Shown here: positions 1 to 9,821 of the stretch, piece by piece
Position numbering within the stretch: position 1 is the first letter of the stretch
Layout of the letters: each line of letters opens with the position of its first letter
DNA from: Thermoproteota archaeon
Lineage (GTDB): Archaea; Korarchaeota; Korarchaeia; Korarchaeales; Korarchaeaceae
DNA length: 64,000 nucleotides
Assembly: GCA_026986575.1 (NCBI GenBank)
Contig: JALSOH010000009.1
Span: 96,001 to 160,000 of the forward strand
Reading direction: 5' to 3'
Made by a program: the position numbers and the translations under genes
Notes under the pieces: model-generated
Databases searched by the model: none
The model's input: the letters and a program-made list of their open reading frames with translations, nothing else
What the model was told of the DNA's origin: nothing

Positions 1-675
1 ATTGTCAGGAAAGATGACCGTGAGCTCCTCTTGGGTTGGGGGGATCGAGGTCACCCTGAAGACGACCACATCTCCCGGGAAGTACACCTTCCTCTCCAGC
101 CCTAATGTCCCTCTTTGGGTTTCTGGGTTCATCTCACTCTTCCCATGTACTGACACCTCTTCAACGAGTTCTCCGGTCAGGTTCCCGCTGGTAGCCACTA
201 TTTTAAGGGTGTAATTGCCCGCAGGGAGGCTGAATGGTTCTGTACTCCCGACCGAGGTCAGATGCATGGTACCTCCCGGGGTATTGACCGTTACGTTTGC
301 TGAGAGCGGGGAACCCGTGAGCTCTGAGAAAGTCCTGACTACGAAGCCCTCATCTTCCTCCCTGAGCTCAACATCTATCCTGTCGAGAATGAAAGAATAG
401 CTTCCATTGGTCCAAGCGATCTTGTATGCACCCAAGGGTAGGGAGCTGGTGTTCAGGACCAAGACATCACCAGCCCAAGAAGCGAATCCAGGTGGGGAAG
501 AGGTATTGATGGTATATATCGTGCCGTTGGGGAAGACCAAGTTGACAGCAGTCTCAGGAACGTTCACCTCTAATAGAAGCCCGGGAGACATGATCACCGG
601 AGCGCCTGAAACTGTGAGGTGAGGGAAGGCGACCTGGATCACAAGCAGAACAAGAAGGAAGGCTGCCCCCCTCAT
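1..675 (-). CDS. Secreted/cell-surface protein, 5' part (runs off the left edge)
   Basis: Absent from the ORF track. Manual translation from ATG at 675 gives MRGAAFLLVLLVIQVAFPHLTVSGAPVIMSPGLLLEVNVPETAVNLVFPNGTIY..., open to the window edge. Signal peptide, beta-rich sequence, several N-x-S/T sequons; starts 5 nt after the stop of the upstream gene. Confidence 0.75.
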   Translation of the reverse strand, partial: MRGAAFLLVLLVIQVAFPHLTVSGAPVIMSPGLLLEVNVPETAVNLVFPNGTIYTINTSSPPGFASWAGDVLVLNTSSLPLGAYKIAWTNGSYSFILDRIDVELREEDEGFVVRTFSELTGSPLSANVTVNTPGGTMHLTSVGSTEPFSLPAGNYTLKIVATSGNLTGELVEEVSVHGKSEMNPETQRGTLGLERKVYFPGDVVVFRVTSIPPTQEELTVIFPDN

Positions 676-679
676 ACTA

Positions 680-1426
680 CTACCTCCTGAGCCTGACCAG
701 GATGAGCACGAGAATCAGGAGTATTACCCCACCCCAGATGACGAAGTAACCATGGAAAGGCATAAGAGGGAGCGGGATCTGGCTGAACTCCACCGATATC
801 TTGAAGGAACCTCTTGGTCCCGTTCCCGATATATCCCACGATCCACCCTCTGAAGGGGGATCAGAGAAGGTGATCCTTTGACCCAAGGGAGGTATCACCC
901 TGAGTGTGCCCTCCTTCACCGTGTTGGACAGGGGTCCTAGGGAGAGATCCATCTCGTTGAAGAGAACCCCCTGAGCAATTGCCCCATCGACCCTGAAGAC
1001 CAACCTGATCCTCTCAACATCTCCCGGCTTTAGAGGTTGCCAAAGCGAGTACCTGATCGCGCGTGTCCCATTCCTATTGATGACTAGTGCCTCTATCTTC
1101 CTCCCTGTGTCTAAATTCTTGGCTCCCAATATGTTAATGCTCCCGTTCGAAGTCCTTTCAGAGGGGAGGGGCAATCCCAGGAAGGTTTCCCGCTGAGAGA
1201 CTGTGAGGGGAATCATTCCATACCCGGGTACTACCACGACCTTGCCCTCGTTCTTCAGGGCCGCCGTGAACTCTACCAAGGCTGAGCCGTTAGGAAGCGC
1301 CCTCACAACGACGTCCAATCTCTCGTACACCAAGGGATTGTATTCGGGAGGGAGCATCTGCTGGGCTCTGGCCATCATGGAGGAAGCAGCCAGTATAAGG
1401 AGGCACAGGATGACGAAGGGGCGCAT
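680..1426 (-). CDS. Membrane-anchored secreted protein (signal peptide, beta-sandwich ectodomain, C-terminal TM with basic tail)
   Basis: ORF 680..1438, likely start MRPFVILCLLIL at 1426; C-terminus VIWGGVILLILVLILVRLRR. Confidence 0.75.
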   Translation of the reverse strand: MRPFVILCLLILAASSMMARAQQMLPPEYNPLVYERLDVVVRALPNGSALVEFTAALKNEGKVVVVPGYGMIPLTVSQRETFLGLPLPSERTSNGSINILGAKNLDTGRKIEALVINRNGTRAIRYSLWQPLKPGDVERIRLVFRVDGAIAQGVLFNEMDLSLGPLSNTVKEGTLRVIPPLGQRITFSDPPSEGGSWDISGTGPRGSFKISVEFSQIPLPLMPFHGYFVIWGGVILLILVLILVRLRR

Positions 1427-1472
1427 CGGGGGACCCACCCTGATTCAATAAAAATGTGGATGGGGATGAGAA

Positions 1473-3641
1473 TCAGGAGTCCATGAACATGCTGTGATCT
1501 CTCGCTCCTCTCCTCGATCGCCTTCTGATTTCCATCACAGCCTCGGCAGATATGAGCACTACGGCTAGGAGGAACATCCACGGCTCTAGGTTGAATGAGG
1601 CAACTTCCATTCCTGTGAAGGGTGTGAACACAGAGTTGACATCTAAGGTGTTTCTCGGATCCACACCAACCACGAAGATGTCCGTCACATTGTAGTCACC
1701 GCTTCCCAGAACGCAATAGTGCACGAAAACTGGGTTATAGACATCTATGTCTAAGTTGTCGTAATGTCCCTTGGCGGTCACGACAACGTACCCGCCACCG
1801 GTGGCAACTGAATCCTGTACGAGCTCCACCTTGAAGTAGGTGTCGGCAGCATCATCAGACGAATCGGCAAGGAACTCCTCTCCCTCGGTGTAGCTGGTGG
1901 AGTTTATGCTCACTGTGCTGGTGTCTATCACCTGCACATCCCAGCTCCTAGTGCTGCCGTCCTTCATGGTGACCGTGATAGTCTTAGTTGTGCTGGTGTC
2001 CGGGAACCACTCGGCGAACCCGCGCTGGACCGGCAGCGGATAGACCTTCCAGACGTAACCCTTGGTGTATCCTGACGGGCTGGTTATCAGAGAGTAGTCC
2101 GGTGGACTACTGGGGTTGGCGTCCTGAGCTAGCATGCTCAGCGGATAGAACTTCATGTTACCCTCGGTCGCTGATGGGTTGGGCTGGAATCCTTGGGGAA
2201 CTAGGTCGTAAAACTCTACGTATGGAGTCATCCATTCTCCGATGTTCTCAAGTCTTATTCCAATGCAGTACTCACCACTTGTCGCCCCCGGCCTTATCTC
2301 CTTCCTGGCCTTCACCAAGTAACCCTTAACAACCCACACCTTCTCGACGACCGTGTAGTTCGTCTCATCCCCCACCTCGAAAACAGTGGCATTGGTGTAG
2401 TTCATCCATCCGTAGGTCTCGTCCCTCTGTATTCTGGCCTTGAAGAGAGCCCATACCTTCGGAACGAGGTTGTAGGTGAAAGAGTGAGGTCCGTAGGAAT
2501 ACGAGGTGGAGGTCTCTCCAGGTCCTATGGTCGTGATGGGACTTCCCTGCTGAGTGTTGCGGCTCCCATCGACGGTGGTGCTGCTAGGAGTGTTTCCTTG
2601 GGTTGCCCAGATTGTTGTGTTCAGCACCTCGTAGTCGAAGACTCCACTGGTGTCGTAAACGACCATGGTCTCGTACCACGTCGTTGGATTCGTCGTATCC
2701 TGCTCCTTCTTCACCTCTAAGCTGGACTTGCCTATCGCGTAGACATAACCCACCCTAGTATCCGTAATAGGCTCATCCGTGGTGAAGTATACGTAGATTC
2801 TTCCCAGCTCCACTTTCTGAGTGGATCCACCGACCTCGCTCAGGTCTGGTGTGCCCTGAACTTGGAACGGTGATGTGAAAGTTATTGAATCACCAGCAGC
2901 CACCGTTATGTACGTGCCCGGCCAGTTACCATCGCCGGTCCAGTAAAGGGTCTTACCATCCCCAGAGAGAGATGTGGCTCCGGCGCTGGGGGTTCCCGCA
3001 CTGGAGAACACGGGATTGCCGGAAGCATCGGCCCAACCATCTCCGGCGGTGTTATCAGGGGAGAGGACCTTCTTCACCTTGACATTGACGTCGCTGCTGA
3101 ATCCATTCGTGAGGGTAACCTCTATGGAGATGGTGGATGTCTGTCCGTCCACTATCTTCGCCGGAGAGTAGGTCTCGCTTATTCCTATGGGAGGGCAACC
3201 AGTGAATGTGGTCACCTCGTACTTGAAGAGGACGCTGTCTCCGGGATGCAGCTCAGTTATGTGCCACCATTCGTAATCCGAAGCGGTTCCGAAGCCGGAA
3301 GAGGGATAGGTATTTATCACCCAAGAGGGCGGGGCCTCCTTCACGACCGTTGCATAGGCTGGGGAGCTGCTGAGAGATACCCTATCGGCGGGCTTCACGG
3401 GGAACCAGATATCGTAAACGGACTCACCTGCGTTATTCTTAACCGTTATAAAACCAGTGACATTCCAAGGACCGCACCTCACACCCACGCCATCCGCCTC
3501 CAAGCTGGCATTTACGTACTCCTTAACGTAAACACTGAGGGGCGCATCAGGCGAAGCGGAGACAGGTAATGTAACAATGGACGGTGAAAGCATTATTATT
3601 ATGGCCATGACTGCCGTCAATATAGACCATCTTTTCCGCAT
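1473..3641 (-). CDS. Large cell-surface glycoprotein (722 aa) with Ig-like/DUF11-like repeats and C-terminal membrane anchor
   Basis: Signal peptide MRKRWSILTAVMAIIIML; T/S/G-rich beta segments (KARKEIRPG...IRLENIG...FYDLVPQGF); TM WMFLLAVVLISAEAV followed by RRRSRR; GGAGG RBS upstream. Confidence 0.8.
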   Translation of the reverse strand: MRKRWSILTAVMAIIIMLSPSIVTLPVSASPDAPLSVYVKEYVNASLEADGVGVRCGPWNVTGFITVKNNAGESVYDIWFPVKPADRVSLSSSPAYATVVKEAPPSWVINTYPSSGFGTASDYEWWHITELHPGDSVLFKYEVTTFTGCPPIGISETYSPAKIVDGQTSTISIEVTLTNGFSSDVNVKVKKVLSPDNTAGDGWADASGNPVFSSAGTPSAGATSLSGDGKTLYWTGDGNWPGTYITVAAGDSITFTSPFQVQGTPDLSEVGGSTQKVELGRIYVYFTTDEPITDTRVGYVYAIGKSSLEVKKEQDTTNPTTWYETMVVYDTSGVFDYEVLNTTIWATQGNTPSSTTVDGSRNTQQGSPITTIGPGETSTSYSYGPHSFTYNLVPKVWALFKARIQRDETYGWMNYTNATVFEVGDETNYTVVEKVWVVKGYLVKARKEIRPGATSGEYCIGIRLENIGEWMTPYVEFYDLVPQGFQPNPSATEGNMKFYPLSMLAQDANPSSPPDYSLITSPSGYTKGYVWKVYPLPVQRGFAEWFPDTSTTKTITVTMKDGSTRSWDVQVIDTSTVSINSTSYTEGEEFLADSSDDAADTYFKVELVQDSVATGGGYVVVTAKGHYDNLDIDVYNPVFVHYCVLGSGDYNVTDIFVVGVDPRNTLDVNSVFTPFTGMEVASFNLEPWMFLLAVVLISAEAVMEIRRRSRRGARDHSMFMDS

Positions 3642-3699
3642 ATCATATCCCTCCTACATTTTGCGGATACGAGATTTTTGCAAGATCACCCGGAAATAT

Positions 3700-4035
3700 T
3701 GAAGAGGATGTCGGCAAGCTATACTATAAGCGTTTTCGTTCCAATTCCCCCTAGGAATTTTCAGTTCGAAGAATTAATGCATTTCGTAGATTTTCTCACG
3801 AAATTAGAGTAAATTAAAGTCTTAATAAATCGACTTTGAAGTATAGCCTAAAATGATATATCGATAAAATGTTCATTTTTTCACCAAAGAATGTTTTAGA
3901 AAACATTGTAGTTTTGGCAAGTTGCCTATATCGATTAATGGATTAGAAACGCGTTTTAATCCTGAAAAGACCCTCTTAATAGGGCCGGGAAGCTAGACCC
4001 GTATTAACTTGGAGAGCTCACAATTATAAGCCCTA
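3700..4035. promoter_or_regulatory. AT-rich divergent promoter region with palindromes
   Basis: TATA-like CTATAAG (about 3724) and ATTATAAG (about 4023); perfect 8-bp inverted repeat AATGTTTT-ag-AAAACATT at 3890-3907; imperfect palindrome GATTAGAAACGCGTTTTAATC at 3941-3961. Confidence 0.5.
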
Positions 4036-4109
4036 CTGATGCCCACGAGTGGGTTTACTCCCTAAAATTTTTAGGATACATGGAGGCTGGGCCATTCGAG
4101 GTAATCTGG

Positions 4110-5897
4110 ATGAGAAAGGTAATTCCTCCATTGGAGGAGATCACTCCGGAAGTCTTCAAGGAGACCTTCCTCAAAATTCTGGATGTGAAGAGATCGGCTG
4201 GCCTACAGCCTATCTTGGACAATCCTCCGGATCTTTTCGAAAGGGCGAAGATGTACGGGACTCGGTATAAGAACGGTTCATGGAATTGGGCTTCGAACAT
4301 TTGGAGCCGCTCCGCCAAGAACACTGTCGTCATAGAGGACGATGAAGAGCTTAAGGAGGAGCACAAGCTGCTAATGATGAGGGTCTTGGAACACATCCTT
4401 GCCCAAGGGCCCCTGATTAAGGTCGATGGTTACGTGGGCAAGCCGGGCACAAAGGCACAGATGCATGCTCGCGTCTACGTTGATCCCCAATTCCCCGACC
4501 TAGCCTACCGATGGAAACAGCTGGTTTTCGACGCACCACCTGAAGAGGACCCGGATGTGGAAGTGTTTGCCGTGCCTCACTACCTAGGAAACCCCAACAT
4601 ACCCGGGACGGATCGCATGCTCATGGTGATGAGGTTCCCCCATCACAACTTCACCATAATAACGGTCTCATCCTATCAAGGCGAGATCAAGAAGGCCGTT
4701 CTCACCCACTGGATCTACCATGTGTATAAGAGGGGTGGGACTGGAGAGCATGCTGCTCTGAGGGAATTTTCGGTAAAGACAGTTGATGGAGGGTGGAAGC
4801 GCATTGTAATGGCCGTATGGGGCCTCACAGGGACTGGAAAGTCAACTCACGGCCTCTACGTCTGGACCCCGAACAACTCCAAGGTGTACGAGAGGGAGTT
4901 CGGCCTGAATCCTCTCGACTACGTCAAGGATCAGGTGATCAAGAACGATGACATAGTGGCGATATTCGAGGACAGGGTGATAGGCTCAGAGAGGGGATCT
5001 TGGACCAAGACCGAGGACCTAACGCCGGAGCAGGAGGCCATGTGGAGGGCCGCTACGAGCCCGCATGCTTTACACGAGAACACGGAGTTCGACGAGAACG
5101 GCTATCCCTCATTCAAGGGAGAGCTCTTCCAGTATTTCGGGAGGCCCAACAGGAACTCTCGCTCCGTCCTGAGGCTCGAGGACACTGGCTACTTCGACGG
5201 CGACGTGGAGTCTTCAGGTCCGCTCAACTTCGCCGTATTCCTCAGCCCAGGCTACTTCACCGAGTGGGCTTGGATGAAGGTGGAGGATCCGGCCTTGGCT
5301 GCGAAGATCTTGGCTGATGGGCGAACTATAGGGCACCCGGCCCAGTCCAAGGAGGTTGTGGGGAAGCTCAGGTACGTAGCTAGATTTGCCCAGCCGTTCA
5401 CGATGGGAGTGCCCAACACCGCCCATGTGGTCAGGTTCTACGAGTACCTCAAGAGGAGGATCGAGCAGGGCGATCCCATCCAGGTGTACGTGTTCAACAA
5501 TACCGGTCGCATAATAGCGAAGTACAGGTGGGTGAGGATGAAGCTGGGGGACAGAGAGATAGAGGCTCCTGAACCCATACTGGTGGAGAAGAACGGGATA
5601 CCGAAGGCAGTGGGCGGTGAGAGGCCCACGATAGAGGAGACAGAGCTCTTCATACTGCAGGCGGCCAGGGGAGCGGTGAAGTACAGGCTCCATCCGGTTT
5701 GGGGCGAGAAGGTGTTAGTGCCGGAGGAGGTGCCTGGCCTCACCCAAGAGAGGTTGAAGCAGCTGGACCCGACCACCTACCTCGACATGGACGAGTTTAA
5801 GAGGCTGCTGAGGGCCCAGATAGAGGTGAGCAAGTACTATCTGGACAGGAACTGCCCCAGCCTTCCCAAGGAGATATACGAGGCCATGGACTTCTAG
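4110..5897 (+). CDS. pckA: Phosphoenolpyruvate carboxykinase (ATP-type, divergent archaeal form)
   Basis: PEPCK motifs YQGEIKK, EHA, P-loop WGLTGTGKST, kinase-2 IKNDD, SERGSWTKT, LHEN, NRNSRS. Start moved from 4080 to ATG 4110, which follows a GAGGT RBS. Confidence 0.85.
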   Translation: MRKVIPPLEEITPEVFKETFLKILDVKRSAGLQPILDNPPDLFERAKMYGTRYKNGSWNWASNIWSRSAKNTVVIEDDEELKEEHKLLMMRVLEHILAQGPLIKVDGYVGKPGTKAQMHARVYVDPQFPDLAYRWKQLVFDAPPEEDPDVEVFAVPHYLGNPNIPGTDRMLMVMRFPHHNFTIITVSSYQGEIKKAVLTHWIYHVYKRGGTGEHAALREFSVKTVDGGWKRIVMAVWGLTGTGKSTHGLYVWTPNNSKVYEREFGLNPLDYVKDQVIKNDDIVAIFEDRVIGSERGSWTKTEDLTPEQEAMWRAATSPHALHENTEFDENGYPSFKGELFQYFGRPNRNSRSVLRLEDTGYFDGDVESSGPLNFAVFLSPGYFTEWAWMKVEDPALAAKILADGRTIGHPAQSKEVVGKLRYVARFAQPFTMGVPNTAHVVRFYEYLKRRIEQGDPIQVYVFNNTGRIIAKYRWVRMKLGDREIEAPEPILVEKNGIPKAVGGERPTIEETELFILQAARGAVKYRLHPVWGEKVLVPEEVPGLTQERLKQLDPTTYLDMDEFKRLLRAQIEVSKYYLDRNCPSLPKEIYEAMDF

Positions 5898-6141
5898 CTT
5901 CCTCCCTTTCGTGGTCTCTTCAACTGCACTGGAGAGAACACGCTCTCGGGAAGGAATTTCCAAAACAGGTTGAATACCTCCCTTAAGGGCAAGGAAGCTG
6001 AAATGGAGCTAGCCGATCTTAGCTAGTGAGATTCTCGGATCTCTGAAGTCCGATGGATCAGTCACCTGAGGAGGGCGCGTTAATTCATAGAGGCAAGATC
6101 CAACTCCATGCGGGTGAAATTACTACCAAATATCGTGGAAA

Positions 6142-6169
6142 CATGGTAATTCTAAAATAAGCTACCATG
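6142..6169. promoter_or_regulatory. Putative autoregulatory operator of the AbrB-VapC operon
   Basis: Inverted repeat CATGGTA-N14-TACCATG spanning a TATA-like TCTAAAATAA, 21 nt before the antitoxin start. Confidence 0.5.
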
Positions 6170-6189
6170 ATAATATCTGTGATGGAACT

Positions 6190-6429
6190 ATGAAGAAGTA
6201 TGTGGTAGTGAAGAGAGTGGATGACCAAGGAAGAATAGTCCTCCCAGCGGATTGGAGGAAGGAAGTACTGGAGGGAGGGGAGGTCTTCGTAGTGAGGGAG
6301 GGGAACATCCTCAAGATCATACCCAAGAGGAAGCCGGATCTCACCAAATACTTCGACAGTGTGGATCTGGGGGTGGAACAGATACTAGACTGGGATGAAT
6401 TCGAGAGGGAGTGGTATGAGATTTCTTGA
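6190..6429 (+). CDS. vapB: AbrB/MazE/SpoVT-family antitoxin
   Basis: VDDQGRIVLPADWRK signature; overlaps the downstream PIN gene. Confidence 0.85.
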   Translation: MKKYVVVKRVDDQGRIVLPADWRKEVLEGGEVFVVREGNILKIIPKRKPDLTKYFDSVDLGVEQILDWDEFEREWYEIS

Positions 6430-6844
6430 CGCCAACATCTTCATCTACGCCTTCTACAAGCCGAGAGGAAGGATCGATCCGAAGGCCAGGTCGATGAAAG
6501 AGGCGGCCAAGGACATCGTGAGGAAGATTAGTGAAGGCGAAGAAGAGGTAGTCACGACCGTAGTGCACATAAGTGAAGTGAACAATATTCTGAAGAGATC
6601 TCTCAACCCTGAAAGACTTCAAAATCTTCTCTTAGATCTCCTCTCCCTAGATAACCTCCGTGTAGTGGAAGTGAGCTTGGAGGACTATATAGCCTCGATA
6701 TCAATGATCTCCGAGACCGGGCTGGACGCTAACGACTGCCTAGCCCTAAGAGTCATGGAGGGGATGGGGATAAGGGAGATATATTCCTTCGACAAGGGGT
6801 TTGAGAGATTCGCTGTGAGGCTCCCTGAGGTACCTGAGATGTGA
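6416..6844 (+). CDS. vapC: PIN-domain toxin VapC
   Basis: MRFLDANIF...EV...DANDC...IYSFDKGF acidic PIN residues. Confidence 0.9.
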   Translation: MRFLDANIFIYAFYKPRGRIDPKARSMKEAAKDIVRKISEGEEEVVTTVVHISEVNNILKRSLNPERLQNLLLDLLSLDNLRVVEVSLEDYIASISMISETGLDANDCLALRVMEGMGIREIYSFDKGFERFAVRLPEVPEM

Positions 6845-6979
6845 GGCTACTCGACGGTTTCGTGTGCAATAATCCACCGGTGAAGCGCCCTCGGGTCAGC
6901 CCCCTGCTTCACCTAATTACATTCACGCCTCCACTGCGTCCGGACCGGAAACCTTTTTCAGCTCCGTTATCTCCCCTAG

Positions 6980-7693
6980 ATGATGCCAGCCCAATTCTAC
7001 CCTCTACCGCTCAAGAATCTCTACAGGTTAGCGGTCTCGCTGGAGAATCCATCTCCAGAAGAGGTGAAGTCAAAGCTCCGGTTGAAGAGCAAGAGGACGG
7101 CCTCCCAGTACATCAAGACCCTCTCATGGATCAGAGAGAGGGTCAAGAACTTCAGCTCACTCGAGGACTTCTCGAACGAGCTGATCTCAGTTCTGGCGGA
7201 AGAGTACAACTTGATGAGGGCGATAGAATCACTCTCCAAGGGAATGATCCCCTTAACCCCTGCCAGCCTCTCATCGGCCCTCAGGAAGGAGGGAAAGAGG
7301 GTATCGAGCACAGAGGCGAGGGCCATAATCTCGTGGCTCAAGCAGGCCGACGCCCTCAAGGAGAGGAAGGTGCCCGTCCTCACCCTGACTAGAGAGGACA
7401 AAGTGCTTGAGGAGGTGAGAAGCAAGGGGTCCGTCACTTACGGGACGCTCAGGAAGGCTTTTGGGGATGAGGTCAGGGACGTGATAGTCTCCCTGTGGAG
7501 GAAGGGCCTGATATCCGTTCCAGTGCTGGAGAAGCACAGGGACGTGTTGGAGGAGGCTGAGGACCTTGATAGACTTCCCGGGAACCTCAAGGGCAGGATC
7601 TTCGCAACTTGGCAGGATAGGATAACTGGAGAGACTTTCAGCGAGCTAGTGATCCCCTCTAGGGCCAAAGTAGAGGCCAGGTGGTCCTTTTGA
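6980..7693 (+). CDS. Hypothetical protein with probably three HTH/winged-helix modules
   Basis: Segments SPEEVKSKLRLKSKRTASQYIKTL, LTPASLSSALRKEG...EARAIISWLKQ and VTYGTLRKAFG...VIVSLWRKGLI resemble HTH/wHTH; basic protein; overlaps the next gene. Confidence 0.65.
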   Translation: MMPAQFYPLPLKNLYRLAVSLENPSPEEVKSKLRLKSKRTASQYIKTLSWIRERVKNFSSLEDFSNELISVLAEEYNLMRAIESLSKGMIPLTPASLSSALRKEGKRVSSTEARAIISWLKQADALKERKVPVLTLTREDKVLEEVRSKGSVTYGTLRKAFGDEVRDVIVSLWRKGLISVPVLEKHRDVLEEAEDLDRLPGNLKGRIFATWQDRITGETFSELVIPSRAKVEARWSF

Positions 7694-9489
7694 GTGAGCT
7701 CTACTCGGAGCACTGGCCCACCCTGAAGGAGGTGAGGGAGCTAGCGGAGAGGTTCAGGAGGTACAGACCCACCACTATTAGGGAGATATTGAGCTGCTGG
7801 GCCGATAGGAGGCCCATCGAAGTCCCTCTCTCCATGATTGAGAATCTCTTCGTGGGCACGAGGTCCCTCAGGGAGACCATGGACCTCGTCCTCTCGCACC
7901 TGAGGGACAGGGACTGGAGGGGCTTCATCGCCAGGATAGTGGGGGAGTACGGCTCGGGCAAGACCCAGCTCGGGAGGCTCCTCCTCCGGGCGATAAGGGA
8001 GGAGGGTGAGGCTGAGCCCAGGTTCGTGACCCTGGATCCGTTAACGGACGTGAGGGACCTCCTGGTGGAGAAACTGGATGCCGAAGGACCCGTAGTTCTG
8101 ATAATAGATGAAGTGGACCAGCTCCTCCGCGACCTCGAGAGGGGGAGGAGGGAGAAGCTGGAGGACCTTGCCGACGTGGTCAGGTGGGTGACCGAGGGTC
8201 ACGGCTCCCCTCCCAGGGGTTCGGTGATCCTCCTCCTGTCCAAGAGGGCCCAGGAGGCCCTGATGAGCGACAGGGCCTTGGCGAACAGGCTCCTAGAGAG
8301 GTCGAGGGTGTTCAAGCTCTCCATGTCCGACGAAGAGAGGGAGAGGGCGGGGATTGAGGCTGCCAAGAAGATCCTCGCCCTCTGGATGGCCTACAGTCCC
8401 GAATACGCCTCCCTAATAGAGAGGATATTCCCGGCCCTCTATCCCCTCATGGAGAAGGTGGCTAGGGACTTGGCCCTGACTAGAGAGATCGGTGGGATAG
8501 TGAAGAACCTAGTGGACCTCTCAGAGGAGGTACTGAGGAGCGTGAGGAGAGAAGCTACCCTCCTCTCGAGGGTCGAGGAAGGAAGTGTAGTGGAGGGCAT
8601 AATCAGGGAGTTCCTTACTAGGGAGATGAGGAGCTTTCCCTTCAAGGTGAGGCTGGGCGACGAGGTCAAGGATTACATAGCGGTGTTCTCCCCAGAAAGA
8701 CTGTCCGCTCAGGGAGCCGTGTCGGACGGCCAATTCTTGGTGTGGACATACGACGCTAACGCGGGAAGAAAGGGAGATGTCTTGGTGAGCAGGGTGGCGG
8801 TGGAGATCAAATTCGGCGATTACTGGGTCAGGGAGAGGGATCAAATAATCAGACTGCTGGAGAAACCCCTTCTCGTGATATCTGTGACCGACGCGGATCC
8901 CGAGGAGATGGCCGAGGTGGAGGCGGAGATGAGGAGGGGTGGCAGGCCCTTCGCGCTCCTCACGGCGGACCCCGACCTGTTCAGGGTGGCCTACCTACTG
9001 GAGGGGGAGAGGGCCCTGAACTTCCTTAGGGAGAGAGGTAACTTCGAGAGGGACATGCCGGAGGTATTGAGCCAGCTGATGGTTCCCACAGCGGTCAGGC
9101 AGGTTACGAGCGAAGGGTTGAGCGAGGACAAGCTCCTGAGGCAGGCGGCCTCCTCCATCCTGAGCTCCCTCATAAGGGAGCTGAAGAGGGCGAAGACCTC
9201 CAAGAGGACGACCACCCTCATAAACGCGATCGTGGCTAGCGTGGACTCGGTATATGCGGGGGCTGGAACCAGACCCCCCGCCGTGGGGAGCGGCACGATC
9301 AACATGATAATAAGGGTGCTGATCAGGGAGGGCCTTGGAAGGCTTTCGGAGAGCGGAAAGAGTCTAATGCTTAACAGGGAGGCCAGACTCATATTAGAAG
9401 AGATAGAGAGGGATGACAAGAGGAGGAGGGATGTGGAACTTGTGATATACGATATCCTCTCTAGATCGAAGGAGGTCCCAACCATCTAG
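7681..9489 (+). CDS. AAA+/P-loop ATPase fused to a putative PD-(D/E)xK nuclease domain and C-terminal wHTH
   Basis: Walker A GEYGSGKT, Walker B LIIDEVD; later VSDGQF...VAVEIKFG (D...ExK); C-terminal IIRVLIREGLGRLSESGKSLML resembles a wHTH wing. Confidence 0.7.
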   Translation: MVLLSELYSEHWPTLKEVRELAERFRRYRPTTIREILSCWADRRPIEVPLSMIENLFVGTRSLRETMDLVLSHLRDRDWRGFIARIVGEYGSGKTQLGRLLLRAIREEGEAEPRFVTLDPLTDVRDLLVEKLDAEGPVVLIIDEVDQLLRDLERGRREKLEDLADVVRWVTEGHGSPPRGSVILLLSKRAQEALMSDRALANRLLERSRVFKLSMSDEERERAGIEAAKKILALWMAYSPEYASLIERIFPALYPLMEKVARDLALTREIGGIVKNLVDLSEEVLRSVRREATLLSRVEEGSVVEGIIREFLTREMRSFPFKVRLGDEVKDYIAVFSPERLSAQGAVSDGQFLVWTYDANAGRKGDVLVSRVAVEIKFGDYWVRERDQIIRLLEKPLLVISVTDADPEEMAEVEAEMRRGGRPFALLTADPDLFRVAYLLEGERALNFLRERGNFERDMPEVLSQLMVPTAVRQVTSEGLSEDKLLRQAASSILSSLIRELKRAKTSKRTTTLINAIVASVDSVYAGAGTRPPAVGSGTINMIIRVLIREGLGRLSESGKSLMLNREARLILEEIERDDKRRRDVELVIYDILSRSKEVPTI

Positions 9490-9821
9490 TCTTGGGACCT
9501 CCCCTCGCCCTCCTTAATGAGCTCTGAGATCCTTCCAGCTAGGTCGAGCACTTTCCCCAACTTTTCTACTCCGGTCTCAGTCATCTCGTAGCAGGTGACG
9601 TATCTGAGCCCCCTAAGGCACCTAGTCTTTCTCACAAGTTCTTTCTCCTCTAAAACCTTCATGTGAGATCCCAGATTCCCGGGAGACAATCCTAGGGTGT
9701 CTCTCAACTCCTTGAACGATCTCCTACCCTCCAAGGCTAGGAGAATAAGGATGCTCAACCTCCTGGGCTGTACAACCGCGTCTTCCTCCTGCAGCCTCCT
9801 TAGCAGGCTCGACAGATCCAT
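9486..9821 (-). CDS. Winged-helix transcriptional regulator (ArsR/MarR-like)
   Basis: PRRLSILILL...SFKELRDTLGLSPGNLGSHMKVLEEKELV...YEMTETG. Confidence 0.85.
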   Translation of the reverse strand: MDLSSLLRRLQEEDAVVQPRRLSILILLALEGRRSFKELRDTLGLSPGNLGSHMKVLEEKELVRKTRCLRGLRYVTCYEMTETGVEKLGKVLDLAGRISELIKEGEGRSQD

